The notes under the pieces are model-generated. The model saw only the letters and a list, made by a program, of their open reading frames with translations. It was not told where the DNA came from and did no database searches. The translations under genes were made by a program, and so were the position numbers. Of a DNA stretch of 64,000 nt, positions 53,613-64,000 are shown in pieces (positions within the stretch are counted from its first letter, which is position 1; each line of letters starts with the position of its first letter). Origin of the DNA: Epithemia pelagica (taxonomy: Eukaryota; Protista; Bacillariophyta); the NCBI GenBank assembly GCA_946965045.2, contig OX337229.1, positions 3,286,001 through 3,350,000 on the forward strand, written 5' to 3'.

Positions 53613-55112
53613 TTGAGAGACGAACGAAGTACCAGGAAAATGGATCATTCACCTTCAGTGCTTTTGTTGAAGACATATTGCAACTTGGCTAGTCTACCAG
53701 TATTGTGGGATCATCTCGAAAAGAACACAGTGCACTCTCGACAGCTCTGGGAACACAGTCTGTCATATAAGCGATTGCAGGAAGCGTCATTGAAGTGTGA
53801 CATATTTCTCCTCCCATTGGACGATGACGGACACCACGAATCAGATGATGTCAATGATCAGGACCAAGGAGAGATTGAAAACATGGGCCATGGCGCTGTC
53901 AAACATGGCATAATTTCATTTCAAAGACAAGTGCTTCTTCCATGTGGAAATGAGAACGTTCTATCAATGGGGAAAGGTATTCAAACCTCCAGCATGTTTC
54001 ATCTAACATTGTCTGACTGTAGCATCGAGCTCTCTTCTTTTTCGTTCTCTTTGTCAACAACTGATATGAGATACGATGAGGAGGTTGTGTCGTCGAAACG
54101 TGGCCATGGTATCCAACTTGCCCAAACCAACAGGTTCTTGGTGCTGGATTCGAGGATGGACGAGCGGGAGATAAGACAAGCTCAACTTGAGCAGATAGGC
54201 CATGACATGCGTCACACGATACCTCTCAACAAAGAAACAAGCGGTGCAGAAACCAGCCACTCCATTTGCCCCGAACCAATTCCATCAGATTCAAGTGTAC
54301 ACCCAAACATACAACGATGCCGCCAATGCTCCTTTTGTTCCAATGCATCATCAGCTTTCGCACATCCAAATCTGCAGACATCGGGAACGCTGCTCGACTT
54401 GTTGGAAGTAAGGCTCCAAGAAGAACTACAATCAATTCAGTTTCTCACGAATTGTTTGGCCATTCTTCCATGTTTGGCGCTGATAGCGATGACCGTGTGG
54501 ATGGTTTCCGATCAGCGGCAGAAACGGCAGAGCGAGTCTTTCAAGAGGGATGGTGAAAGACCTCGTGGTGAAGTGTCCGGCACCTTGTATGCTGAAGCGC
54601 TGTCAACGATTCCAACTCTGGGCGAAGACCATAGTGGGGACAACGTCTTACGATCCCGTCAAGTTGGGGATCTTAAGCCAAGCGAAGTTGATAGTGAGGA
54701 CGGTAAGTCGGACCATGCGTCGGTTGCCGGTTCAAAAAGTGGAACTGCAGAGCACACAGAGCCCCCGCTCTCTCCATGTTCTCTCCTGAAATCAAAGTGG
54801 AAAGCGAAGAAGCTGAAGAAGAAGCATCAAGAAATCGAAATGAGCAAAAACTCACTTACGACGCATGCTCTGGAGCAATCCCCGATGGGTTCGGCGAAGT
54901 TGGTGTCTCCAGATTCTACTTCCGAGACCAAACTGAAGAGGTCTTCGCCTGGAATGACAAATTTGTGTATCGTTGGTCAAATGATAGAACCATCAACGGA
55001 TCGTTCACGGCAGAGAATGACACCTGAGTCGCTTGGTGATAAACGCGGTGAAAAGCATCGTAAGCCGACTCATCAAAGCACAAAGACTTTTGTGGACAAC
55101 TATTGGTTTTGA
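53613..55112 (+). CDS. Hypothetical protein with one predicted transmembrane segment
   Basis: 499-aa ORF with a hydrophobic stretch CLAILPCLALIAMTVWMV; no family motif recognised. Confidence 0.55.
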   Translation: MRDERSTRKMDHSPSVLLLKTYCNLASLPVLWDHLEKNTVHSRQLWEHSLSYKRLQEASLKCDIFLLPLDDDGHHESDDVNDQDQGEIENMGHGAVKHGIISFQRQVLLPCGNENVLSMGKGIQTSSMFHLTLSDCSIELSSFSFSLSTTDMRYDEEVVSSKRGHGIQLAQTNRFLVLDSRMDEREIRQAQLEQIGHDMRHTIPLNKETSGAETSHSICPEPIPSDSSVHPNIQRCRQCSFCSNASSAFAHPNLQTSGTLLDLLEVRLQEELQSIQFLTNCLAILPCLALIAMTVWMVSDQRQKRQSESFKRDGERPRGEVSGTLYAEALSTIPTLGEDHSGDNVLRSRQVGDLKPSEVDSEDGKSDHASVAGSKSGTAEHTEPPLSPCSLLKSKWKAKKLKKKHQEIEMSKNSLTTHALEQSPMGSAKLVSPDSTSETKLKRSSPGMTNLCIVGQMIEPSTDRSRQRMTPESLGDKRGEKHRKPTHQSTKTFVDNYWF

Positions 55113-55274
55113 ACAAGTCCAAAGAAACGGGACAGAAATTGTGCAATTGCTGAATATCTCGAAGCCACAATTTGAGGTCTTCCTCCGGGGCGTGATGTAT
55201 TAGTCTTCTAAAATTAGGACAGTCTAGGAAGTAGATGATGACAGCACAAGCACAGGAACCATGGATGCAGCCTC

Positions 55275-55740
55275 TCATCCCAATTTCCACTGAGTGGGTC
55301 CTCCACCACCACCAGGTTTAATCACGCGAGATGTAGGCCGGCCTGTCATGACTTGTGCTCCATTCATGTTGGAAGACGCGGCAAAGGCATTGGAAGACAC
55401 TGGTTTTGAGGTCGATTCATTCTTTGATGGAGCAGGAGTTGCCGTCGTCGTCTGTTTGGGCTCTTCCTGTTCTTTGAGAACTGGTTCCTTTGGTGCCTCT
55501 GTCGTATATCACGAAACATCCGCAACTCGAACCGTGAGTGATGTGATTTCGTTCCCACTTGAGAATGAATCAATGGTTATAGTATCGCTTTCAATGCCAC
55601 CCACCTTGTTTCTTTGCTTGTGGTCGAACCTGTGGTTGTGGGTCGAGTCCCAGCGTCAACGTCGACCGTCCACCAGGAGGCGCAAGAACCCGTGAAGTGG
55701 TTCGCCCTTCGCGTACATTGTAGTTTTGGTTGTCATTCAT
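55275..55740 (-). CDS. SPIRAL1/HN1(JPT)-like small protein, 119 aa, 2 exons
   Basis: Exon 1 55740-55605, intron 55604-55499, exon 2 55498-55275 (360 nt). Motifs GRTTSRVLAPPGGRSTLTLG and SSNAFA..N.NGAQVMTGRPTSRVIKPGGGGG. Confidence 0.75.
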
Positions 55741-56631
55741 GGCTGTGATGGACTTCTGGGCTTGCCGCACTTGACCTTGACCTTTCACCTCGAAAGAATC
55801 GAGTGTAGAACCAAAGTTGGCGCCAATGGAGAAGATGCGACGGCAACCTGTCATTCTTTTCACGATCAGGACCAAAAAGACGTGAACCGATACCGATTGG
55901 TCGCATTCGCCACGTTGGGGACGGTGATGGCGGGACCGCACGCCCCGACGACACGTGACTGATCGCGCGATTCGCGCACATGAGGGCTTCTTTTTGCGAT
56001 CTACCACTGTTGCTTGCAAGTGTTTGGACCTCGTTGCAACCAGCACCATTGACGGTCGATCCGAGCTTTCTGGAGAGCACCATCACATTTTGATATCACA
56101 ATAGAGTTCATTTGGTGTGATTCCATTGTTTGGTAAGTTTGAACGCCATGGAATGATGGATGAGAACGCTCGAACGGTCTCCGCGGTCCGCGTCGTCGCG
56201 ACGGAATTTTTGGCTGAAAGCGCGTGCAATTCTACGTGTCGTTTGTACTGGCTCTTGGTGGATGGCGGCGCATCCCCCTCTTGGGGACACCGCTCGTCAC
56301 ATGGCCAAAGGGACGTTCCTATGGCCGCAAAAACGTCTTTCCATGACATGGATGACTTGGAAATGAGGCTGTATGGATCGCACCGTGGATTGCGCCGGTC
56401 GTTGCAGTTGGATGAAGAGACCAAAGCGATAAAGACACCGTCATTTCGAATCATCAATTGGGAGTCTTGGTTGATTCTGAAACACGGATGACGTGGGATG
56501 ACATTTTCCGTCCACAATTTGGGCCCCGTTTTTCTCATCCTTTTTTTGTGGTGTCTTTCAACTCAAACTCAACAGGAGCCAATAGAAGCCAATTCGTTTG
56601 TCACCCAGCCGTTTGGGAAAGACGCGACGGC

Positions 56632-59600
56632 ATGATGAAGGAACTTCGTGTCGAGGATGCCCTTCTCTATCTTGACCAAGTCAAGGTTGAGTTCGGTGAT
56701 CGGCCACACATCTACAATGAGTTTCTTGACATTATGAAAACCTTCAAGACACAGCAAATAGATACCCCAGGTGTGATTCGACGGGTTTCAAATCTCTTTC
56801 AAGGCAACCGTCGTCTTGTTCTTGGCTTCAATACTTTTCTTCCTGAAGGCTACAAGATTGAACTCCCTGCCGATGGAGAAGGGCCGCCTGTTGCGGTGTT
56901 CCGAGCTCCCGGTTCCACCATAACTCACGTCTTGAATGGGCCCATGACGACTACAACTACGACCACAACGACATCGCCAATTGCTGCTGGACCACCTTCC
57001 TTGGCCGAGGCATCGAGAGCTCAGGCTGTGAGTGCATTGGCGGCTGGAGGACCCCCGCCTCCTCCTGCTGGAGGGGTGGTGCGTGTTCCCTCTTCGCAAA
57101 TGCACGGTGCTGCACGCTCACTGCCAATGCGGGGAACCGGTGTTCCTCCCCAGCCTCCTCAGCACCGAGGTCCTGGTGGTCCCCATGGTGTCCAACAACC
57201 GGATGCCGGAGGTCTTCGTATTAAACCGAGCGAATCATCGCCAGGCCGAAGTCAGGGCCAATCCCCAATGGCACAGCCGGATCTCAGTGAGTTTGATGTA
57301 CGCGGGCCCATGGACGCACAAACTTGGGTAAGACTTCAAGCGGCAATGTCTCCTGCCTCGCAGCAACCCGTTCCTTCCCAGCCTCAAGCACATTCGGAAC
57401 CGCGAACTGCGGATGGTAAGCTTCCGGCTCGAGTGGGGTCCGCTGCCACGCCAGGAGGGTTACATCCGTCGCAAAATCTTGCACAGCAGCCGCAACCACA
57501 GTCACAACTTATGGGAGAACCAGGCTCTGCGACAAGATTTGACGGCCAGCCATCTTCACAGGCTCCTCCGCCGCAGCAACAGCAGCAGGGGCAACAACCC
57601 AAACAGGGAGCACCCGTTTCGCAGCAACAGGCCCCGCTGGAATTTGATCACGCAATCAACTATGTGACTACCATTAAGAAACGATTTGCCAATGAACCAG
57701 AAACCTATAAAAAGTTTCTTGAAATTTTGCACACTTACCAGAAAGAGCAACGTGGAATTAAAGAAGTTCTGGATGAAGTTTCAGTTTTGTTTGCCGACCA
57801 TTCGGATCTATTGAAGCAGTTTACCTATTTCCTGCCTGATGCTGTCCAGGCACAAGCCAAGCAACAGCTTGATGTGGCAGTCAAGGAGGCTGAGTCAAGA
57901 AAGCGTTCCAAAGCGGAGCAGGCCATTATGAATCAAGCGCAGGGAATGCAGCAACAGGCACAAAAACGAGCGGCACGTTCCCCGCCTGTGGAATTTGATC
58001 GTGTTGTCCACGTTCCATTCGGCGCTACTCAGGGACGGACGGCTGAAGAAGAACGGTCCATTGTCGATTCCGCCGCGTTTGGCACGGTTTCCTTTGCCCC
58101 TGTACGTCCTCCGAAGCTTCTGGAAGATAGGAAAAGTATCCAAACTGCTGCCAAACAGGCGAGGCCCAAAACCATCCCCGATATGCCCTTGTCTCCGAAA
58201 GCTGCTGAAACTGCATTCTTTTATCGCGTGAAGCACCACCTCTCTAGGAAGGAACTCTTACCTGACAAGCCTGTTGGGGCGAAACGCAATACGCCGTATG
58301 TGGAGTTTATCAAATGTCTTCATTTGTTCGGTGCGGGGATTCTCAACAAGGAGGAATTGCTCCTGTTGTTGAGGGGCCTTTTGACTCAAGGCCACGTCCC
58401 CAAAGCTGCAGCGGCTCACAATCCCCAGATTGCCACCGATGCAGCCGACCTTTTGCGTGAGTTTGAAAATCTGTTGATCGGCCGGGGTCCTTATGCAACG
58501 CAAGAAGCTGCGCGAACAGACCGCTCCAAGTACGGCAGTCTACGGGCTCGCGATATGGATCTTGTGGATTGTGAACAACCAACGCCTTCCTATCGCGCTT
58601 ATCCTTCGGATTATCCTTCGGCAGTGTTTCTCGTGCACCCAAGTCGTCACCAGCTCGAAAGTCAAATGTTGAATGATGACTTTGTTGCGATTCCAGCCAA
58701 ACGATCAAAAGTCACGGACTCACTCGAAACCTACGATGGTATCAAGAAGAGGCATAATGCCTACGAAGAGGCCATGTCCATAATAGAAGATGAACGATAC
58801 GAAGTTGATATGGCAATCGCCCGAAATGCTCAAGCTCTAGTGCAAATCGAGCCGCTTGCGCAGGAATGCCTGCGTTTGCGACAAGGCGAAGAGAAAGACG
58901 GTCAACCGATTGGTCGATTGCAGTATCAACTCAAACGGCGACATGCCATCACACCCGTCGTTATCAATGCCATTGCACGAGTGTATGGCGACCGTGGAGA
59001 CGAAGTGATTCAACATCTTTCTCGGAATCCTTTGATCGTGTTGCCGATCGTGTATCAGCGACTGAAACAGAAACATGACGAGTGGAGAAAGGTTCGTGAT
59101 GGTTGCAAAGAACAGTGGAAAGCTGCAACAGAGGCCAACTACGAAGGATGCATGGATGTCCAGTGCTTTTTCCTTCGTCGCAAACTGGAACGTTCTTTTG
59201 GAGCAGACTATCTTGTCGATCAGTGTCAAAACGTCAGTATACACCAAGAGAGCAATGACCAAAATCAACATGTTAAATTCTCTGTTGGTCTTTCCGATCT
59301 GAAATTCTTGATGTTCGAACCCTGCATCACCGTGGGATCGCATGTCGAAATTACACACAAAGATGCTTTTCAGTTGCTAACGCATAAAGTGAATAGAAGC
59401 CCCAATGCTGAACCGGTTGACCTCGAGCGCATTGGTCGGATATGGGCGGAGTTTATGGTCCCGTGGTATAATTACCCGGCACATTGGGTCATGAGCGAAA
59501 TCCGGCAGAGCTTTTCAGGACGCCTAAGTCAATCTGTCGTCAAGTGTAAGTTTTCGCCATTGATCATGAATATGTTCTTGTGAGAGGCGTGAAAACTGAC

Positions 59601-60490
59601 CCTTTGTTGTTTCAGTTGCAATTGGGCAGAAAGTCAAAACAGTTTATGGGGAAGGATCTGTGACCCAGTTCGAAGGGGGGCGATACCGTGTTAAACTTTC
59701 CTATGGAACTGCGTACATGGGCCCTGCGGCGATCCTACATTCCATTCCTTCGAAAGATACACCATACATCCGAAGGGACGGGAAAATGGAGCGAGACACA
59801 AATAGTACAACAAAAACGCAAGGCCCGTATCTTCCGGCTTCCTGTCAGCTTTTGTTTGCAACACGCCGGATTTATCTGTTCCTTCGTCTGCATTTGCAAC
59901 TGTGCAGTATGCTAGCCGATCTGCGATCGGTTTTGAACATTTCTGAAACAGTTGATCCAGCCAGTACGTATGTGGTGGGCCCCGGTGAGACGCGAAAGAT
60001 TGACAAGTCTGTTAGATTGGACTACGCCGGGATGATAGGTGCTCTGAAGAAGGTGATCACAAAGAAATGCGACCACAAAACATTTGAAGCGTTTGGGAGA
60101 AAAATATCGAAGGAGCACGTGCATGCCATTTCTGCCTTGCCCAAATTGGTGGAGAGATGTGCAGAAGCGTTGGTCTCCTTGGCGAAAGAAGATGCCGTTC
60201 TTCACATTTATGATTACTGCCAATACAAGGAGCTCAATCCTGCTATTGTTCGAGACCACTGTTTCTCTATGGCTCCCGATGCTGACTTTCGTGTCCAGCG
60301 TGATGGAGAATATACATCCTTCTCTTACTTGCCTCGCGGGGCTACTTTGCCGACGGCTCCGAACCAAGAAGACAACGGAGTTGGACGCACACCTACAAAT
60401 GGGGAAAAACATGAAGCAATGGAATTGGACGAAGACCCGGTTGAAGACTATCATGATGATGAACCTCCCAACAAGCGTGTGAAGGTATAA
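56632..60490 (+). CDS. SIN3: Sin3 transcriptional corepressor (three PAH domains plus HDAC-interaction region)
   Basis: PAH1 LRVEDALLYLDQVK..GFNTFLP, PAH2 EFDHAINYVTTIKKRF..FTYFLP, a PAH3-like segment, TPSYR, and YEEAMSIIEDERYEVDM. Intron 59546-59615. Confidence 0.92.
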
Positions 60491-60559
60491 GTGACAAGCT
60501 TTTTTAGGTGTTAAAATTAAGAAATTCTGGAACGAGTATGCAATAATAGCGTGTGTCTT

Positions 60560-61328
60560 CTATGAAACTGGAACCCACTCTATGCGAAGCCCAGGCATCA
60601 TGAAATGGCGTTGTAACCTTTGTGCTATTTCGAGTTTCACAGATGCCAAAGCGGCCGATGAACCCTTCATGTCAAGCCAAATTGTGGGTTGAAGACCATC
60701 AACGTCCTCAATTCGATCAATATCAATTGTTCCTCCAGCAACCTGCAAAAACGGCCGCACGCCATTGAGGACTACATCAATCTGTTCATTATTCAGTTCT
60801 GGTCCGTCAGGAAGTGACTGAACAACTTCTTGAATCTCAGGAATCCGTTCCCGAAGCCCCCTCTCCAAACCCATTTTCATTGTTTGAGTGGAGGAAGGAC
60901 AAGTTCCACAGTTTCCCTAGGCAAAACACAACGAAGAAGCATTTGCGAAATCCATGAGTATTTTGACATTTTAGCAGTCAGGTATCTCGTCAACGGTAAC
61001 CAACCTGAAGTTCCAACCGCACAACTGGACCGTCAATTTCGGTGATTGCCACATTTCCTCCATCTTGCATCAAATAAGGTCTCATTTCATCCAGGACCAT
61101 TTCCACATTTTCGTACGTCAGATCAAGGGGTCCTGAGGTGAGTTCAGTGGGTTTGGTTGCAGTATACGTGGCGGTTCCTCCTTCGCCATCTTGTCGACTA
61201 TCGTCAAATGGTGATACAATTTCTCCGTCAGCATCTCGCAGCGAGATTCGTGGTCTTGTGAAAGCGGCGTGATGCAAAAACGCATTAGCAGAGCATAGGG
61301 ATAGGGATAGCACAACCGAAAGCTTCAT
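60560..61328 (-). CDS. NFU: Plastid NFU (NifU-like) Fe-S cluster carrier, 226 aa
   Basis: Signal peptide ending ANA-F (ASAFAP-like), then [20 protein letters not shown]|GNCGTCPSS across intron 61004-60917, and a second NifU-C repeat lacking CxxC. Confidence 0.9.
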
Positions 61329-61871
61329 TTCTTTTGTTCAATCGTTCACTTTATTGGATAAAGGAAGAAGGTACAAGGTCTTGTCCACGACTCTTGTTCT
61401 TACACGCCGAACGTCGATGTCGAACGGCCGAGGACGGAAAGAAGTGGAAAATGGCAATTGGAAATTGGTGATGGGAGAGGACGAATATTGCGTTGGTCGC
61501 CCTTGAAGCTGACGTCAGATTCCCTCCCACACCAGCCAATCAGAGCGTCTGAGAACTGGAACGCATGTCAATGGTACGTTGTTGCTACGTCACGAATACT
61601 GAATGTCTACAGGATCAAGACCAAGACTAGCGCAAGCCGATCCGTATCTTCACACAAAATCGTGGGACCCAAATCTGCGAGACTTTCTACTTTATCATCT
61701 GAGAATCGACACGGAATCCGTACCTACGGAGCAAGTGTTTTCGACCGAAGGATTACACAGCGTGCCGGATACGAGCGCCTTCTACGATTCGTCATTGCCC
61801 TCAGGGCTACTTAGTTCATTCCGATCCACTCGTTCAGGGAACCATCGTTCTCGCAAGAAATTCCTACGGTC

Positions 61872-63038
61872 ATGAAACCCACTACAGTTTCCACCAATCG
61901 ATCTTCCTCGTCGTCTTCATCCTCTTCTTACAAGAACATGACCGTTGTTACCACCATTGAGACAACTGATATAGGTCCAAATTCACAACGAGATCCCAAA
62001 AGTCCTTTCCTCGGTGAGCCATGTTTGGTTAGCCCTTCTTCTTCCTGTGATTCCACATCAATTAGCCCTTCCTCTTCCTGTGATTCCACATCGATTAGCC
62101 CTTCTTCTTCCTATGGTTCCACATCGCCGTTGTCGGTAACATCTCAATGGTTGAAGGAATCGAATGCTTTCTTTTCATCGAAAAAGCTCACGGAAGCACT
62201 AGAAAACCCACCGTCTGATTGGTCAACATGGCACAAACTCTTGAACAAAGCACTAACATTTGTTCCAGGATTGGCCGATCTTTCAGAAGCCAATCTTGAA
62301 CTTTCGGCTTTTCCTAATCTGTCACCAGAGGAAATTCAAGAGAGATGGGACAAGATCCTGTTTCTACTCAAGTGCGCCTACGCCATTCAAGAGCTTTTGC
62401 CCCTTCCTGTCTTGTCCGAAGCACCGAACGGTGCCCTCCATGCCGTCTTGGGTCTGGTTCGACCCAAACGAAAGGGTAATTCTTCTGAGGCGGTCTCGAT
62501 TTCATTGATTGTACAGCGCCTCATTCATGACCATCCAGTCGAACTCTACCGGCTTCAAGAGTCGACTGGTCGTTTGCCACTTCACGTGGTCTGCGCAGCT
62601 CCCTGTAACAAACTGCGACAAAGTCTGGTATGCGCGGTGCTCCATGCCAACCCGGATGCAGTGACTCTTCGAGATGACCAGGGAATCTATCCATTGCATT
62701 TGGCCTGCCAAGCCGGGTACCCATTCGAACCAACACTGGAATTACTCTGGGCAACGGCACCCTACGTGTCCGAACTTCCTTGTCCATGTTGCCCCCCACA
62801 GCTCTTGGCGCAACATGAAGAAATGAAGTCTCTTTGCTGCAGCAGCAGCAGCTGTAGTAAATCTACGACGACATCGTGCACCCAATGCACCGACGTTGTG
62901 AGTTTGGAGGAAAATGACGAGGACGATGGTTCAGATGGGGGCCTCAGCACGTCTTTTGAAACAGTCTACACGGTGCTACAGTCCGACCCGTACATTTTGG
63001 CGTTTGGGCAAGCCCACCGATGTGGCGCAAATTCGTAA
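61872..63038 (+). CDS. Hypothetical protein with two ankyrin-like repeats
   Basis: GRLPLHVVCAAP and GIYPLHLACQAG motifs, with a Ser-rich N-terminus. Confidence 0.6.
   Translation: MKPTTVSTNRSSSSSSSSSYKNMTVVTTIETTDIGPNSQRDPKSPFLGEPCLVSPSSSCDSTSISPSSSCDSTSISPSSSYGSTSPLSVTSQWLKESNAFFSSKKLTEALENPPSDWSTWHKLLNKALTFVPGLADLSEANLELSAFPNLSPEEIQERWDKILFLLKCAYAIQELLPLPVLSEAPNGALHAVLGLVRPKRKGNSSEAVSISLIVQRLIHDHPVELYRLQESTGRLPLHVVCAAPCNKLRQSLVCAVLHANPDAVTLRDDQGIYPLHLACQAGYPFEPTLELLWATAPYVSELPCPCCPPQLLAQHEEMKSLCCSSSSCSKSTTTSCTQCTDVVSLEENDEDDGSDGGLSTSFETVYTVLQSDPYILAFGQAHRCGANS
62031..62129 (+). repeat. 33-bp coding tandem repeat, 3 copies (SPSSSCDSTSI)
   Basis: agcccttc starts at 62031, 62064 and 62097. 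Confidence 0.9.
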
Positions 63039-63296
63039 ATAGGGAGACAAACAATACAAAAGCAAGAGTGAAAATTCATTGCTCTTCTATTACGTACATG
63101 AGCAGAGTTTGCGCAGATCCTCGTTTTCTGAAGCGTTTTGTATCTCGTTTCAGTTATGTCACGAATGAATAGGTTCCAACTAGTTTGCACGTATATATAT
63201 CGTGTGGACACGCAAAGGTTGACGGAAGCATTTGAGAGTCACATAGAGAACCCGAGCCTGGAAAAACCACTTGGTTCAGCAAAAGCGTAGGCAGTC

Positions 63297-64000
63297 TTAA
63301 TTGTCCTTCTTTTCTTCACTGACTTCATTGGGTTCTCTTGGTTTCGTCATCATTGCCGTTCCGGCTGCATTGTTGGGAGACGACGACATTGGTGGTTGTG
63401 TTGCAGCAGCAGCATCTTGTGCTTCCCCCTGTTTGTGTTCTGACAAGTCGTGGCATTCATTCTTTCGCAAAAAGGTGCCAAAGATTTGCAAAAAGATCAC
63501 AAACCAGGCCAAGTGAAGGAGAATCAAGAGTCCCAAAAGCACGTAAAAGAAATGCCGATAGTGCACATAAAGCAAGACTGGAAAACCGTCCTCCACAACA
63601 TAGTGCGATTGCGTCAAAATGGACCGGTAAATGATAAAGGGTAGGACATAGAGCCGTGTCATCATCCAAACAACCACCATGGAAAAGAAACAGGCCAAGG
63701 TCGTCCATTTCCATTTCAAGAAGTTGGCCAATTTACTCAAATCTACTGGTACGTCGGACAAATCGTGCACCAAAAAGACCATGGATCCAATCCGTGTGAC
63801 CCGACACAGAGAGGATCCAATCACCAGTAAATTGGTTACAATGTGATGAATCATCATCTCCTGAAAATCTCCGCGAACCGTCGGGCTCCATGCGAGCCGT
63901 ACAGGCATTTGCACTTGGACTTGTCCAGTTTTGGCATTTTCTTGTAAGGGACTTTGGATCTTTACTGTAAATGATATGAGCAACAGGCTGAGCATGGCAT
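63297..64000 (-). CDS. Ceramide synthase (LAG1/TLC domain), 3' part only
   Basis: Lag1p motif RGDFQEMMIHHIVT..IGSMVFLVHDLSDVPVDLSK; the gene continues beyond the window. Confidence 0.85.
   Translation of the reverse strand, partial: AMLSLLLISFTVKIQSPLQENAKTGQVQVQMPVRLAWSPTVRGDFQEMMIHHIVTNLLVIGSSLCRVTRIGSMVFLVHDLSDVPVDLSKLANFLKWKWTTLACFFSMVVVWMMTRLYVLPFIIYRSILTQSHYVVEDGFPVLLYVHYRHFFYVLLGLLILLHLAWFVIFLQIFGTFLRKNECHDLSEHKQGEAQDAAAATQPPMSSSPNNAAGTAMMTKPREPNEVSEEKKDN

Noticed and set aside
55733-56538. Several 60-150 aa ORFs between the SPIRAL1-like gene and Sin3
   Set aside because: They lie in a divergent promoter region, overlap each other in multiple frames and have no motifs.

Overview
Gene-dense eukaryotic chromosomal DNA with short GT-AG introns, most likely from a diatom: it carries a plastid NFU and a Cdc48 with bipartite-type presequences, plus diatom-style orphan genes. 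About 17 host protein genes and one tRNA-Val(CAC) flank a ~14-kb transposon island (~27.0-41.3 kb). The island holds an intact 1110-aa DDE-type transposase ORF and a tyrosine-recombinase (DIRS-order) retrotransposon. The retrotransposon is disabled by three in-frame stops and by a 326-bp TIR element inserted at a duplicated TTA. The most striking host feature is a ~3030-aa Sec16 with 17 intact WW domains, most arranged as repeated A-B-C triplets, fused in front of its COPII-scaffold core. It is transcribed head-to-head with a GDT1/TMEM165 Ca2+/Mn2+ transporter carrying two EF-hand loops. Other notable items are an FG-nucleoporin built from YPPxPxKAPxxFG repeats rich in CDK sites, a spliced SPIRAL1-like microprotein missed by the ORF track, and a Sin3 with a small beta-barrel-like insert. 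All family calls come from motif recognition by eye; no database search was run.
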